Source: an uncultured Candidatus Saccharibacteria bacterium (GTDB taxonomy: Bacteria; Patescibacteriota; Minisyncoccia; Phycocordibacterales; XYD1-FULL-46-19). Taken from it: a stretch of 64,000 nt of DNA. Within the stretch, counting starts at the first letter, position 1; every line of letters begins with the position of its first letter. Where the stretch lies: contig CAZEAY010000001.1 in assembly GCA_964510655.1 (NCBI GenBank), positions 278,330-342,329 of the forward strand, given 5' to 3'. Position numbers and translations under genes: made by a program. The notes beneath the pieces were generated by a model. It was not told the DNA's origin, did not search any database, and saw nothing but the letters and a program-made list of their open reading frames with translations. Of the stretch, positions 21,805 through 34,070 are shown piece by piece.

Positions 21805-23346
21805 TTATTTTTTATCACTAGCAAACATCCGCTTAAATTCCCCAAGAGCGGTTTTAATTTTTTCCTCATTTTCTAAAGACAGATCACCGGTTCGAGAAAT
21901 ATCGGTCAAAATATCACTGTTCATTTTGACGACATAAGAAATAAATTCTTTTTCGAAAATAACAATTTTTTCTTTTGGCACATCATCAAGCTGGCCACTA
22001 ATCGCAACATAAAGAATCAAAACTTGAGATTCAAAGCTCATCGGTTCAAGGTCCATTTGTTTCAAGACTTCCATCAACATTTGACCACGTTCAATTTTAC
22101 TTTTAGTTAAATCGTCTAAATCTGAAGCAAACTGAACAAAAGCCTGAAGTTCACGAAACTGGGCTAATTCCAAACGTAAACGACTAGCCACTTTCTTCAT
22201 GGCTTTAGTCTGAGCCGAAGAACCAACTCGCGAAACCGATAACCCAACATTTACGGCCGGTCTAAACCCTTGAAAAAACAAGTTGGACTCCAAATAAATT
22301 TGCCCATCAGTAATAGAAATTACATTGGTTGGAATATAAGCTGAAACATCACCAAGTTGAGTCTCAATAATGGGCAAAGCGGTAATCGATCCACCGCCAT
22401 ACTCTTTTGATCTCTTGGCGGCTCGTTCCAGTAAGCGAGAATGTAGGTAAAAGACATCACCCGGATAAGCCTCGCGACCAGGAGGGCGACGCAAAAGCAG
22501 AGACAGCTGACGATACGCATTGGCATGCTTGGATAAATCATCATAAATAATCAAAACATCCCGACCTTGATCCATAAAATACTCACCAATTGCGACGCCA
22601 GCAAACGGAGCCAAATACTGTAAAGAAGCCGGACTAGAAGCCGGGGCATTTACAATAATGGTATATTTTAAGGCATCATTTTTCTCTAAAGTTCGAACAA
22701 ATTGTGCCACTTTAGAATTTTTTTGACCGATCGCAACGTAAATACAAACAACGGGTTCACGTCCCAGATCATTTTTTTGATTAATAATTGTATCCAAAGC
22801 AATTGCGGTTTTCCCAGTCTGACGATCACCAATAATCAGTTCACGTTGTCCTCGTCCAATCGGAATCATCGCATCAATTGCCTTGATCCCGGTATGAAGA
22901 GGGGTTCTCACCGACTCACGCATAACTACCGATGGAGCAATTTTTTCTAGTAGGTAATTTTTGGTTTTACTCTGGTCACTATATAAAGCCCCCTTACCAT
23001 CTTGAGGATTACCTAAGGAATCAATCACGCGTCCAACAATCTCATCGCCAACGGGAAGAGACATAACCTGACCAGTTTTCTTAACTCGATCTCCCACTTT
23101 AAGCGAGGCCGCATCGGCTAAAATAATGGCTCCAATAAAATTTTCTTCAAGATTAAAAACTAAAGCCGGAATATCTCCCCCAATCGTCTCAACATACAAA
23201 AGTTCTTGGGAAAGAGCCCCGGTTAAACCGGAAACTTTGGCAATACCGTCACCCCACTCTGTAACCATCCCAACTTCACGAAATTGATCTTCGGTATTAG
23301 CCCCCTTAATTTCTTTTTTTAACTTTTCTATTATTTCGTATGACAT
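21805..23346 (-). CDS. atpA: F1 ATP synthase alpha subunit
   Basis: P-loop GDRQTGKTA. 513 aa. Confidence 0.95.
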   Translation of the reverse strand: MSYEIIEKLKKEIKGANTEDQFREVGMVTEWGDGIAKVSGLTGALSQELLYVETIGGDIPALVFNLEENFIGAIILADAASLKVGDRVKKTGQVMSLPVGDEIVGRVIDSLGNPQDGKGALYSDQSKTKNYLLEKIAPSVVMRESVRTPLHTGIKAIDAMIPIGRGQRELIIGDRQTGKTAIALDTIINQKNDLGREPVVCIYVAIGQKNSKVAQFVRTLEKNDALKYTIIVNAPASSPASLQYLAPFAGVAIGEYFMDQGRDVLIIYDDLSKHANAYRQLSLLLRRPPGREAYPGDVFYLHSRLLERAAKRSKEYGGGSITALPIIETQLGDVSAYIPTNVISITDGQIYLESNLFFQGFRPAVNVGLSVSRVGSSAQTKAMKKVASRLRLELAQFRELQAFVQFASDLDDLTKSKIERGQMLMEVLKQMDLEPMSFESQVLILYVAISGQLDDVPKEKIVIFEKEFISYVVKMNSDILTDISRTGDLSLENEEKIKTALGEFKRMFASDKK

Positions 23347-23435
23347 TTATCTGCCAAAATTTTTACCAATAAAATTTTTCGACATTTATATATTCTTAAC
23401 ATTTAATATCTTTATCAAAACTTAGGCAGATAAAA

Positions 23436-23813
23436 TCATTTAAAAATATTATTCAACCGCCGTGATAAACTAAGATCTAATTCCGTACTGCCATTTATAG
23501 TGATTCGTACTCCTGCCACCAAAGTAGGATTGATTTTCTGCCGAAAGACATCCTGAGCCCCAAACTGTGACTTAAGTCTTAAATTCTCAGATTCTGGTAA
23601 AACCCTAGCTGTTTCCAACAAAACCACCCGCCCACCAGCTTTAGCCACCAAAATATTTTCCAAATGTTCCGTAATCTTATCTAGATAAACCAAGTCCCCA
23701 TTTTTAGCCAGTAAGGCTTTAAAATTATTCACAATCAAATCCTGTTCGAGATCAGTAGATTGTGCTATTACCGCACTCAGGGCTTTGGCATAAATAAATG
23801 GAGAATATTTCAT
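23436..23813 (-). CDS. atpH: F1 ATP synthase delta subunit (short)
   Basis: 125 aa. Sits between atpF and atpA. OSCP-like pattern ARVLPESENLRLKSQF. Confidence 0.6.
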   Translation of the reverse strand: MKYSPFIYAKALSAVIAQSTDLEQDLIVNNFKALLAKNGDLVYLDKITEHLENILVAKAGGRVVLLETARVLPESENLRLKSQFGAQDVFRQKINPTLVAGVRITINGSTELDLSLSRRLNNIFK

Positions 23814-23820
23814 AAATCCG

Positions 23821-24324
23821 CTAAATTTTATCTTTAATTAGATTGACCGCTTGAGTAATCAGTTTTTTATCTACCTCCAGAGGGTCAATTGCTACCGCTT
23901 GCGAGATCGCCTCTTTAACAATTTGAGCGGCCTCGCGAGAAAGATTATCTAATTCTTCAGTTCTTCGCCTTAAAGACACCTGTTCAGCCTCCTTTAAAAT
24001 ATTTTCGCCTTTTTCTATGGCTAAGGAAACAATTTCTTGTCCACGAGCATTAGCCTTAGCCTCGGCTCCACCCACAATCTTCATCGCGACAATATCAGCT
24101 TCACGCAATTTTTCTTCCTTAAGAGACTCAGCTTCACGCAATTTTTCTTCAGCCAATTCTGCTCCCGAAATACCAAATTCGATTTTTTTTCTTCGCTCCT
24201 CAATAGCTTTCATTAGGGGTTTATAAACAAATAGGGTTAAAACCACTAATAGCACGACAAAATTTACCGCCTGAGCGATCAGCATTGGTAAATTAATCCC
24301 CAACTGTCCAAAAAGATCCCCCAT
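23821..24324 (-). CDS. atpF: Fo ATP synthase subunit b
   Basis: 167 aa. One N-terminal TM, then a long charged helix (EERRKKIEFGISGAELAEEKLREAESLKEEK). Confidence 0.75.
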   Translation of the reverse strand: MGDLFGQLGINLPMLIAQAVNFVVLLVVLTLFVYKPLMKAIEERRKKIEFGISGAELAEEKLREAESLKEEKLREADIVAMKIVGGAEAKANARGQEIVSLAIEKGENILKEAEQVSLRRRTEELDNLSREAAQIVKEAISQAVAIDPLEVDKKLITQAVNLIKDKI

Positions 24325-24332
24325 AATAAAAA

Positions 24333-24560
24333 TTAAACAAATTTAATAATCAAAGAAACAACCAAAGCATAAATAGCAATCGCTTCAGCAAAAGCGAGAG
24401 CCAAAATCATGGCAGTCTGAACTTTTGAAGTGGCTTCCGGATTACGACCAATTGCCTCAGTCGCCTTAGAACCAATCAAACCAATAGCGATCGCTGGGGC
24501 AATCGTACCAATCGCCATAATGAGAGCTACGGCAATCAATTTAATACTGTTTACATCCAT
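24333..24560 (-). CDS. atpE: Fo ATP synthase subunit c
   Basis: 75 aa hairpin proteolipid. Conserved carboxylate in AFAEAIAIYALV. Confidence 0.85.
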   Translation of the reverse strand: MDVNSIKLIAVALIMAIGTIAPAIAIGLIGSKATEAIGRNPEATSKVQTAMILALAFAEAIAIYALVVSLIIKFV

Positions 24561-24643
24561 AAATTTTTATCTAAAAACTTATTAATAATTATCTCGACTT
24601 ATTTTATAAAAATTACCAATCAATTTTTTTCATATTTATTTCA

Positions 24644-25474
24644 TTAATGAGTAATTTTTAATTGGGGTTCATGTTCAGCATGATCAGTCACCGACATAGC
24701 AATAAAAACCAATACTAGCATACTAAAGATGAAGGCTTGGATAAAACCCACAAATACTTCCAAGAATAAAAACGGTAACGGAATAGCATAAGGAGCCAAA
24801 AAACCAACAATGCCCAACAAAACTTCTCCAGCAAAAACATTACCGAAAAGCCGAAAAGAAAAAGAGATAATTTTAACAAACTCCGATAACAATTCAAGCA
24901 GGCCGACAAAAGTATAGATAGGATTTTTTAAGGTAAAAAACTTATTGGCATATTTTTTGAGACCTAAGGCTAAAATACCAAAAGCTTGAATAAACAACAT
25001 CGAGATTGTCGCCAGAGCAATCGTAAAATTTAAATCTGCCCCCGGCGCACGAAATAGAGGGATAAATTTTATTCCCCCCCCCATCTCACCAGCCTCCTGA
25101 ATCATTAGCGAACCTACTCCTGGCAAAAGACCTAACCAATTAGACAGCAAGATAAACAAGAAGACGGTGGCGACGACGGGAAAATATTTTTCCGACTTAG
25201 AACGATCTCCCAGTAAACCATCCATTAAGCCCAGCAACTGCTCCAACATTAGCTCAAAAATACTTTGCAATTTCCCGGGAATAAGAGCGATTTTATTTTT
25301 TAAATCAAAGGCAATGGCAATTAAAATAATAAAAGAAATGGTCGATAACAAATATGAATTTGTTAGAACAAATTGTCCAAAATGTAAAATAGGTTCAGCT
25401 TTAATAGAAATTTCTGGCATACTTTCAATTACAAAAAATAAAACGCCTAATTTAGGTGTATCGATGTTAGGCAA
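24644..25474 (-). CDS. atpB: Fo ATP synthase subunit a
   Basis: 276 aa, polytopic. Conserved Arg in FSFRLFGNVFAGEVLL. Confidence 0.85.
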   Translation of the reverse strand: MPNIDTPKLGVLFFVIESMPEISIKAEPILHFGQFVLTNSYLLSTISFIILIAIAFDLKNKIALIPGKLQSIFELMLEQLLGLMDGLLGDRSKSEKYFPVVATVFLFILLSNWLGLLPGVGSLMIQEAGEMGGGIKFIPLFRAPGADLNFTIALATISMLFIQAFGILALGLKKYANKFFTLKNPIYTFVGLLELLSEFVKIISFSFRLFGNVFAGEVLLGIVGFLAPYAIPLPFLFLEVFVGFIQAFIFSMLVLVFIAMSVTDHAEHEPQLKITH

Positions 25475-25582
25475 AAAACAAATACGCCCAACAAAAACAC
25501 CCCCATTGTATTACAAAGAGAAAAAGTCTTCTAGACTTTACAAAAAAAGCTATTGTGTTAGAGAAAAGACTCTAAAATAAGA

Positions 25583-25807
25583 CTATTTTCTAAGGATTAA
25601 CCAGGTACGCCACAAGTTAACCAAAACAAGGAGACCACCCACAATGAGCAGCGGCCAAAGATACTTCAAAGTTTCAATCAGAAAAGATAAAGACGCTAGT
25701 TCAAATAAAATAGTATAAATCAAGAAAAGACTAACAAAATAAGCAATTGAAGTTAATTGTTCACGAAACAATATATTAATTCTTTTTTTATTTTTCACCC
25801 TAATCAT
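25583..25807 (-). CDS. Small two-TM membrane protein upstream of atpB (possible AtpI/AtpZ-like)
   Basis: 74 aa with two hydrophobic helices. Position corresponds to atpI. No sequence signature recognised. Confidence 0.3.
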   Translation of the reverse strand: MIRVKNKKRINILFREQLTSIAYFVSLFLIYTILFELASLSFLIETLKYLWPLLIVGGLLVLVNLWRTWLILRK

Positions 25808-25815
25808 TTTTTTAA

Positions 25816-26619
25816 TTAAACCAGATAAAGCCAGAAAAATAAAGCAATCAATATACGGTAAACACCAAACAAAATAAAATTATGCTGACGAACAAATCTT
25901 AACAAAAATTTGATCGCCACTAAAGCCACCAAAAAAGAAACAGTAAAGCCAATCGATAAAACCTTAAATTCTGCCAAGGAAAAGGCTTGATAATTTTTTA
26001 GCAAATCCAAACCGGTCGCCGCCGCCATTGTCGGTACCGCCAACAAAAAGGAAAATTCCACAATCGTTCGGCGCTTAAGCCCTAGCCATAAACCACCAAT
26101 AATAGTGGCCGCCGAACGTGAAACTCCTGGGACAATAGCGATCGATTGAAATAATCCAATCAGCAACGCTTGGATATTGGTAATTTGTTCTAGCTCGTTA
26201 ACTTCAAGCTTAGTCACCTGATCAGCCGTCTTTCTTTCCCGCCACCACTCAAAGAAAATGATAAAAAGACCACCCAAAAACAGAGACCAGACAACGACCG
26301 TAAAGCTACCCAAAAAATAAGTCTTAATTATTTTATATAAAGCCAGACCAATAGTTGCCGTTGGTAAAAAGGCAACAAAGAGTTTCTTTAACATCTCCAG
26401 ACGCCACAATTCTTTCCAGTATAAAACCACTACTGCCAAAATCGCTCCCAGTTGAATAATAATCTCAAAACTTTTTAAAAAATCGGACTGGTTAATTTTT
26501 AATATCTGTGAGGCCAAAATCAAGTGCCCAGTCGAAGAAATCGGTAAAAACTCGGTAATTCCTTCGACAATCCCTAAAATAATTGCATGAAGAATGGTCA
26601 TCTTATTTAAGATCAACAA
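25816..26619 (-). CDS. uppP: Undecaprenyl-diphosphatase
   Basis: MTILHAIILGIVEGITEFLPISSTGHLILAS is the BacA/UppP signature. Confidence 0.9.
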   Translation of the reverse strand: MLILNKMTILHAIILGIVEGITEFLPISSTGHLILASQILKINQSDFLKSFEIIIQLGAILAVVVLYWKELWRLEMLKKLFVAFLPTATIGLALYKIIKTYFLGSFTVVVWSLFLGGLFIIFFEWWRERKTADQVTKLEVNELEQITNIQALLIGLFQSIAIVPGVSRSAATIIGGLWLGLKRRTIVEFSFLLAVPTMAAATGLDLLKNYQAFSLAEFKVLSIGFTVSFLVALVAIKFLLRFVRQHNFILFGVYRILIALFFWLYLV

Positions 26620-27622
26620 TATTTATCAACTGGCCTTCAGTAAAACCCTTAATATTTTCAATTGTCGTATTAATAATCCGCTCAATCGCTTCTTGAGTAT
26701 TAAAGGCATTATGGGGGGTGATAATTACCCGTGGATGATCAATCAGATAATGATTCTCTAAAATTGTTTTTAAACTTTCTTCACTAGGGTGAGCATTATT
26801 TAATAAAGACAACTCATCAATCAAAAAGTTTTCTTCTTCTAAAACATCTAGGCCGGCGCCAGCTAAATTACCATCTTGCAAACCCCTGATCAACGCCGAG
26901 GTATCCACCAGTCCCCCGCGAGCCGTATTGATCAAGTAAGAACCTTTTTTAATCTTACCGACATTTTCTAAATTAATTAAGTGATGAGTGGCTGGCATAT
27001 AGGGGGCATGGAGAGAAATAACATCAGAATTGGCTAAAAGTTCATCCAACTCAACATACTTAACACCAAAATCCTTGATCGCCTGTTCATTGGGAAATTT
27101 ATCATAAGCCAAAATATTCATTTCAAAACCGCGAGCTATCCGTGCCGAATGTATTCCAATTCGTCCCAAGCCCACAATTCCAATCGTCTTACCTTTCAAG
27201 TCAAAACCTTTCAGACCAGCGGGAGAAAATTTTCCTCCCTGTTCAATTTGTTTATAGGATTCGTAGATTTTGCGCGACAAACACAAGAGAAGAGCAAAAG
27301 CTTGTTCAGCGACCGTATTTTCCCCATAACTTGGAACGTTGGACACCTTAATTCCCCGCCTTGAGGCTTCTGCTAGATCGATATGATCAAAACCGGTTGA
27401 GCGCGTGGCAATAAATTTTAATTTAGGGAAACGATCCATTTCCGCCGGACCGATTTTTGTATTTACAAAAATAGAAATAACCTCTGCTTCATCATCACGA
27501 AGATCTGGATTATCCTCTAATCGATTCGGTAGAAATTTCACCTCTACGCCCGTAAGTCTTGAACTGACATATTCTTCCTCCCACTTTTCTGCTTGGAAAT
27601 AAATTATTTTCATTTTTTTCAA
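26603..27622 (-). CDS. D-isomer-specific 2-hydroxyacid dehydrogenase (likely D-lactate dehydrogenase)
   Basis: NAD-binding GIVGLGRIGIHSARIARGFEMNILAYD. Catalytic His/Glu/Arg region typical of the family. Context includes pyk, ppsA and eno. Confidence 0.8.
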   Translation of the reverse strand: MKKMKIIYFQAEKWEEEYVSSRLTGVEVKFLPNRLEDNPDLRDDEAEVISIFVNTKIGPAEMDRFPKLKFIATRSTGFDHIDLAEASRRGIKVSNVPSYGENTVAEQAFALLLCLSRKIYESYKQIEQGGKFSPAGLKGFDLKGKTIGIVGLGRIGIHSARIARGFEMNILAYDKFPNEQAIKDFGVKYVELDELLANSDVISLHAPYMPATHHLINLENVGKIKKGSYLINTARGGLVDTSALIRGLQDGNLAGAGLDVLEEENFLIDELSLLNNAHPSEESLKTILENHYLIDHPRVIITPHNAFNTQEAIERIINTTIENIKGFTEGQLINIVDLK

Positions 27623-27661
27623 TTAAAATTATGTTTAAATTATAGCAAACACAAACTCAAA

Positions 27662-27695
27662 CAAAAAGCGGGTCTTCCCCGCTTTTTGTTTGAGA
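27662..27695. terminator. Bidirectional terminator downstream of PEP synthase
   Basis: AAGCGGG-TCTTC-CCCGCTT hairpin with flanking A-run and T-run. Confidence 0.5.
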
Positions 27696-27767
27696 AATAT
27701 TAGTTTACTGAGCTGGTTTAGCAACCCGCCCAAATTTTGAATAAATTTTTTTCGGACAAGCGTTTTG

Positions 27768-30230
27768 CTATACCTTAGGTGGTAGAGATACATTATGTTT
27801 TTCCACTTTTTCTCTCTGCACCTCTTCTTCTTTTGCTACTTCAAACATCATCGGCACCACCGTGTCAGGGTTAAGTGAGACTGATTCAATTCCCTCCGAA
27901 ATCAAGAAGCGGAGGAAATCTGGATAATCAGAAGGTGCCTGACCACAGAAACCAATGTATTTACCTCGACGACGGCAAGCCCGAATGGCTTCAGAAATAA
28001 GCAGTTTCACCGCCGGGTCTTTTTCGTTAGAAATACCCGCCACCACACCAGAATCACGGTCCAGACCTAAGGTTAGTTGAGCTAAGTCATTAGAGCCAAT
28101 TGAAAAACCATCAAAAATATCCAAAAATTCTTCAGCCCTAAGTACATTGGCTGGAATTTCACACATTACCATCACCTTGAGATCATTTACTCCGCTCTGC
28201 AAGCCAAATTCTTTCATCACGGCCAAACATTTCTTACCTTCATCAGGAGTACGACAAAACGGAATCATTACTTGCAAATTAGTCAAACCAAATTTTTCTC
28301 GGACACGCAATACGGCTTCACATTCTAAACGAAAAGATTCTTTAAAATTTGGATGGTAATAACGCGAAGCCCCCCGCCAACCAATCATTGGGTTTTCTTC
28401 TTTTGGTTCATAAGCTGTGCCACCCAAAAGGGTAGCGTATTCATTGGTTTTAAAATCCGAGAAGCGAACAATTACTGGATTAGGATAAAACGCCGCCGCA
28501 ATTTGGGAAATCCCCTCCGCTAATTTTTGCACATAAAACTCTACCTTATCTGGATAACCAGCGGTCAAAGCATCAATTTTCTTTTTTAATCTTTGGTCCT
28601 TCAGTTTTTTGTAATCCAACAAGGCACCCGGATGAACTTTAATATGAGAAGCAATAATAAATTCTTCGCGCGCCAGACCTACCCCTTTGTTTGGCAAAAA
28701 AGAATGAACAAAAGCACTTTCCGGATTACCGACATTGAGACAGACCTTGGTTGTGGTTTTAGGGATATTACTTAAATTATATTTCTTTTCATCCCAAGCC
28801 AATTTTCCTTTCCAAACACGGCCAACTGAACCAGACGAAGTATCGACAGTTAAAATATCACCGGTTTTTATTTTTCCCAAAACGCCAGCTACTCCAATCA
28901 CCGCCGGGATACCTAACTCACGCGAGACAATCGCCGCATGACTTGTCCGACCTCCTTTTTCCGTAATAATCGCCGCTGATTTTTTCATAATCGGCTCCCA
29001 ATCGGGGTCAGTGATTTCTGTCACCAAAATCTCGCCATCCTTAAATTCATGGAGTCTTTTTGTATCTAAAATAACTCGCGCCTTGCCACTAACAATTTTT
29101 GTCCCAACACAAATCCCCTCCACCACCAATTTCCCCTCCTCTTTCAATTTATATTCAGTAATTTCTAATACATTATGAACAGACTGCACTGTTTCGGGAC
29201 GCGCTTGAACGATAAACAATTCTCCCGTGGTACCATCTTTTGCCCATTCCGTATCCATCGGCATCGGTTTACCAGCTCGCTCGGAATAATGCTCCTCAAT
29301 TTTCACTCCCCAACGCGCTAAAGTTAAAACTTCTTCGTCAGAAAGAGTAAACTGATTACGCATTTTTTCTGGCGTCGCAATGACCTTTACTGGCTTAGGG
29401 CCGGTCTGATAGACCATCATATTTTTTTTCTCACCAATATTTTTCTTAATAATTGGAGAGAAACCTGTTTTTAAAGTCGGTTTAAAAACCATAAATTCAT
29501 CTGGGGTAACTTGACCTTGAACCACCATCTCACCCAAACCCCAAGAACTAGAAATTACCACGGCATCACGGAAACCCGATTCCGTATCAAGAGTAAACAT
29601 CACCCCCGAACAACCCTTATCCGAACGAACCATTTTTTGCACGCCAACTGACAAAGCAATATCAAAATGGTTATAACCCTTGTCTACTCGATAAGAAATG
29701 GCGCGATCAGTAAACAGCGAGGCAATATCTTTTTTAATCGCCATCATTAAAGCCTTATCCCCTTTGATATTCAAATAGGTCTCATGCTCACCAGCAAATG
29801 AAGCATCAAGTGAATCTTCGGCCGTCGCTGAGGACCGAACAGCCACATCAACTTCTTTAACCCGATAGTGAGATGACAATTCTGCGTAAGCGGCTTTAAT
29901 TTCAGCAACCAGGTCATCAGGTAAATTCTTTTTCATGATTGTCTCACGAATTTTTTTACCTTTAGTCTGAAGTTGACGAATATTTTCCGTATTTAAGTCT
30001 TTTAATTCTTCACGAATAAAGTCCATCAGGCCGGTATCTTTCATAAATTTCCGATAAGCCTGTGCCGTAATAGCAAAACCATTGGGAATATTTATTCCTT
30101 GTGGAACTAAGGCATTATACATCTCTCCAAGCGAGGCATTTTTACCGCCAACAATCGGTGTATCATCTGACGAAAGATCCTTATACCACAAAACATTCTT
30201 CCCAATTTTACTTTGGTCCATTTTTTGCAA
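27768..30230 (-). CDS. ppsA: Phosphoenolpyruvate synthase (pyruvate, water dikinase)
   Basis: 820 aa. N-terminal ATP-grasp start VLWYKDLSSDDTPIVGGKNASLGEM. Phospho-His domain (GGRTSHAAIVSRELGIPAV). C-terminal PEP-utilising TIM barrel. Confidence 0.9.
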   Translation of the reverse strand: MQKMDQSKIGKNVLWYKDLSSDDTPIVGGKNASLGEMYNALVPQGINIPNGFAITAQAYRKFMKDTGLMDFIREELKDLNTENIRQLQTKGKKIRETIMKKNLPDDLVAEIKAAYAELSSHYRVKEVDVAVRSSATAEDSLDASFAGEHETYLNIKGDKALMMAIKKDIASLFTDRAISYRVDKGYNHFDIALSVGVQKMVRSDKGCSGVMFTLDTESGFRDAVVISSSWGLGEMVVQGQVTPDEFMVFKPTLKTGFSPIIKKNIGEKKNMMVYQTGPKPVKVIATPEKMRNQFTLSDEEVLTLARWGVKIEEHYSERAGKPMPMDTEWAKDGTTGELFIVQARPETVQSVHNVLEITEYKLKEEGKLVVEGICVGTKIVSGKARVILDTKRLHEFKDGEILVTEITDPDWEPIMKKSAAIITEKGGRTSHAAIVSRELGIPAVIGVAGVLGKIKTGDILTVDTSSGSVGRVWKGKLAWDEKKYNLSNIPKTTTKVCLNVGNPESAFVHSFLPNKGVGLAREEFIIASHIKVHPGALLDYKKLKDQRLKKKIDALTAGYPDKVEFYVQKLAEGISQIAAAFYPNPVIVRFSDFKTNEYATLLGGTAYEPKEENPMIGWRGASRYYHPNFKESFRLECEAVLRVREKFGLTNLQVMIPFCRTPDEGKKCLAVMKEFGLQSGVNDLKVMVMCEIPANVLRAEEFLDIFDGFSIGSNDLAQLTLGLDRDSGVVAGISNEKDPAVKLLISEAIRACRRRGKYIGFCGQAPSDYPDFLRFLISEGIESVSLNPDTVVPMMFEVAKEEEVQREKVEKHNVSLPPKV

Positions 30231-30259
30231 AATTAATCCTATTAAAATTTTAAATGTAA

Positions 30260-31702
<1,443 letters not shown>

Positions 31703-31711
31703 CCAATAAAA

Positions 31712-31750
31712 AACCACCCGCCGGTAAGTTCCAGGGGTGGTTTTTTATTG
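31712..31750. terminator. Bidirectional terminator after enolase
   Basis: CCACCC...GGGGTGG hairpin followed by TTTTTTATT. Confidence 0.5.
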
Positions 31751-31758
31751 AAAGAAAA

Positions 31759-32274
31759 TTATCCAACCATCTTGATCAGTGAAACCAAAATAAAGAGAAA
31801 GATAATTTGCGCTCCCACTCCAGCAAAAATATTATTAATTTTAAATTTATCAGGACAATGAGTGAAACTGTGAAATTTTTGCAATGAAGCAGTAATCTTG
31901 TTCTGCCAAAATCCATACAATATCTGCAAATAGTCTGGTGACATTCCAGCCGTCGCTCCCAAAATAACAAGGCTAGTATTGGCAAACAAAGAACTGTGCC
32001 AAAAAAACCAGGCGAGAATAAATCCCAAAAGAGTATCGAGAACGACAATTGAAGCCTCTAAAAAGAATTTAGGACCGATCACTACCCGATCTAAGACAGT
32101 CAAAGAACCATTATTTTTTTCCTTAATCGAGGAAAAATATTTACCATAATCCCAGTGTGGAACCATATCAGACAAATAATGAGAAGCGACTCCGGCCGTA
32201 AAACCTAAAATAGGATGATTGGGAAAAAGTTGGGCCACTCCAGCCCCAACAATTGCGTGTGTTACTAAAATCAT
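31759..32274 (-). CDS. Membrane-bound metal-dependent hydrolase-like protein (DUF457/YdjM-like)
   Basis: 171 aa, polytopic. His-rich N-terminus (MILVTHAIVG...HYLSDMVPHWDYG). Confidence 0.35.
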   Translation of the reverse strand: MILVTHAIVGAGVAQLFPNHPILGFTAGVASHYLSDMVPHWDYGKYFSSIKEKNNGSLTVLDRVVIGPKFFLEASIVVLDTLLGFILAWFFWHSSLFANTSLVILGATAGMSPDYLQILYGFWQNKITASLQKFHSFTHCPDKFKINNIFAGVGAQIIFLFILVSLIKMVG

Positions 32275-32276
32275 AG

Positions 32277-33497
32277 TTATATTTTATCTTTTAAAACATC
32301 AGAGGATGAGGAAACTTTAGTAATATCAACCATTATTGTTTTAACACTTTTTTCCACCAAAAGGAAATAGGGTGGATACGATATATTACTATCATCAATA
32401 GAAACTCGCTGACGACCCTCGAGAAGATTCTTAGCATCAACTGTTACTTTCAAATCACGACCGGTATCCAAGTTACGAAGATCACGATAATTACCAGACA
32501 AAGTTATATCAATTTTAGGTGGAAGAATTTCCCCCACCGAAAGATTTTTCGGTAAATACATTACCTCAATTGGGACAGTGTAAATTTCACTCGTCACTCC
32601 AATCTGATAAACGAAAGTAAACCACAAAACACAAGCCAAGAAGAAAGAGATAATTTTAGTAACCCAATTATTAAATACCCAAGATTTCCAGCTCAGGCCA
32701 GTATTGAGATCCAAATTCTCCTTAAGAAAACCAGCTACCTTTCCCTCTAATAAGACCTTATCATCGATATTGGTCAGCTCACCGTTTTCCGACCAAGAGA
32801 CCTCCCCTCTTTCCTCAGAGACGACAATTGCCACGGCGTCGGTTTTTTGGGTAATACCGGCAGCCGCCCGATGACGAGTACCAACACTGGCAAATTTATT
32901 AAACTTCTCGGCTAAGGGTAAATGTACCCCAAATTTTCTAATACGGTTATTGTCAATCACAATCGCCCCATCGTGACCTGGACTAGATGAATCAAAAATA
33001 GACAAAAGAAGTGGTCGTGACACCCGGCCGTCTAAATAAAAACCCCCTTCAATCACTGTGTCCAAATTATAATCACCTGGAAGAACGATAATGGCACCGA
33101 TTTTTTTGGCAGCCATCTCAAACACCGCATCGGCAATAGTTTTAGCTGAATCAGACGATAAAGCGATGCGGCGCTGAGTAATTAGACGCCGACCAGCCAC
33201 CGAAAACCACTCAAAGAAACGCCTGATTTCTCGTTGGAAAACCACGACAAAAAAGAGTAAAACAAAAGTCAGCAGCGGCTGGAAAATTAAACGAGTTAAG
33301 CTAAGATTTAACACTCGAGCTAAATAATTTACACCCAACAAAAACAAAAAGGCATAAACAATGAAATAAGATTTACTTTGTCTAATGAAGGCCAGGATCA
33401 GATAAATAATGACCGAGACAATAAGGATATCAATCAGATCTCTTAACTGAAAAGTGGGTAAATTAGCCAATATGTTGGATAGTTTAGAAAATATCAT
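32277..33497 (-). CDS. cdaA: Diadenylate cyclase CdaA fused to a YbbR(CdaR)-like C-terminal module
   Basis: Three N-terminal TMs. DAC domain with DGA (GHDGAIVID) and GTRHRAA motifs. Extra about 130-aa tail with a TM (KIISFFLACVLWFTFVY) and one YbbR-like repeat. Confidence 0.8.
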   Translation of the reverse strand: MIFSKLSNILANLPTFQLRDLIDILIVSVIIYLILAFIRQSKSYFIVYAFLFLLGVNYLARVLNLSLTRLIFQPLLTFVLLFFVVVFQREIRRFFEWFSVAGRRLITQRRIALSSDSAKTIADAVFEMAAKKIGAIIVLPGDYNLDTVIEGGFYLDGRVSRPLLLSIFDSSSPGHDGAIVIDNNRIRKFGVHLPLAEKFNKFASVGTRHRAAAGITQKTDAVAIVVSEERGEVSWSENGELTNIDDKVLLEGKVAGFLKENLDLNTGLSWKSWVFNNWVTKIISFFLACVLWFTFVYQIGVTSEIYTVPIEVMYLPKNLSVGEILPPKIDITLSGNYRDLRNLDTGRDLKVTVDAKNLLEGRQRVSIDDSNISYPPYFLLVEKSVKTIMVDITKVSSSSDVLKDKI

Positions 33498-33699
33498 AAT
33501 AGGTAAATTGAAATTAAATTAAGACTGTATTTTAACACAAACATAAAAACATAGGAAGAGGTGTAAAAATAACTCAAAATTTACCAATGGAGAGTCTTGT
33601 TTCTATTTACTAAAAGGTGGATAAATATTAATTGTAAAAAACATATTAAAGAATACAATGGAACTAGATAAGATACGCGATGCATTTTTTGAGAGGAGG

Positions 33700-34070
33700 A
33701 AATCTCTCATGAGCAACTTCGTGTCACTAGAACAAGCCCTGGCAGAGACCCTCTCTTACATCAAGAAGGAGTTTGGTCTCGACTATTCCCCAACCCAGGG
33801 ACAAGAGATGCTCCAGCTCTATCTGGAATTGAGTGGGCCCGCCAGGTCGGGAACGCTTTCTCGCCGTCACCCCTTTTATAAAGGGTCAAGTGCTGATGGC
33901 TTGCAGTGCTGAAAACAAGTGGTTTTTCCAAGAACAAAACCCTGGCCGAACCCTAACCCTGACGGGATTATTGGATCACTGGTGTCTGAAACCAGATCCC
34001 GCCCACAGTGCAGCCGCCCGCTATCGGAATCACGACCTCAATCCAGTAGCAGAGGCCTGTTAATAAAATG
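33700..34070. other. GC-rich (~55%) intergenic element with strong SD plus small ORF (33709-33912) and multiple hairpins. Strand and function unresolved.
   Basis: Sharp GC jump relative to flanks. GAGGAGG 9 nt before ATG 33709. All three plus frames are open, as expected for GC-rich DNA. Stem-loops such as GGATCACTGGTGTCTGAAACCAGATCC. Lies directly 5' of the cdaA start on the minus strand. Confidence 0.35.

Noticed and set aside
33700-34070. Tested whether the GC-rich element is RNase P RNA, tmRNA or SRP RNA.
   Set aside because: The universal RNase P motifs (GGAAAGUCCGGGC, ACAGAACCCGGCUUA) are absent. The tmRNA tRNA-like 3' end and tag frame are absent. The SRP domain IV GGAA-tetraloop consensus is absent. 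The element ends in a terminator, not a processed CCA end.
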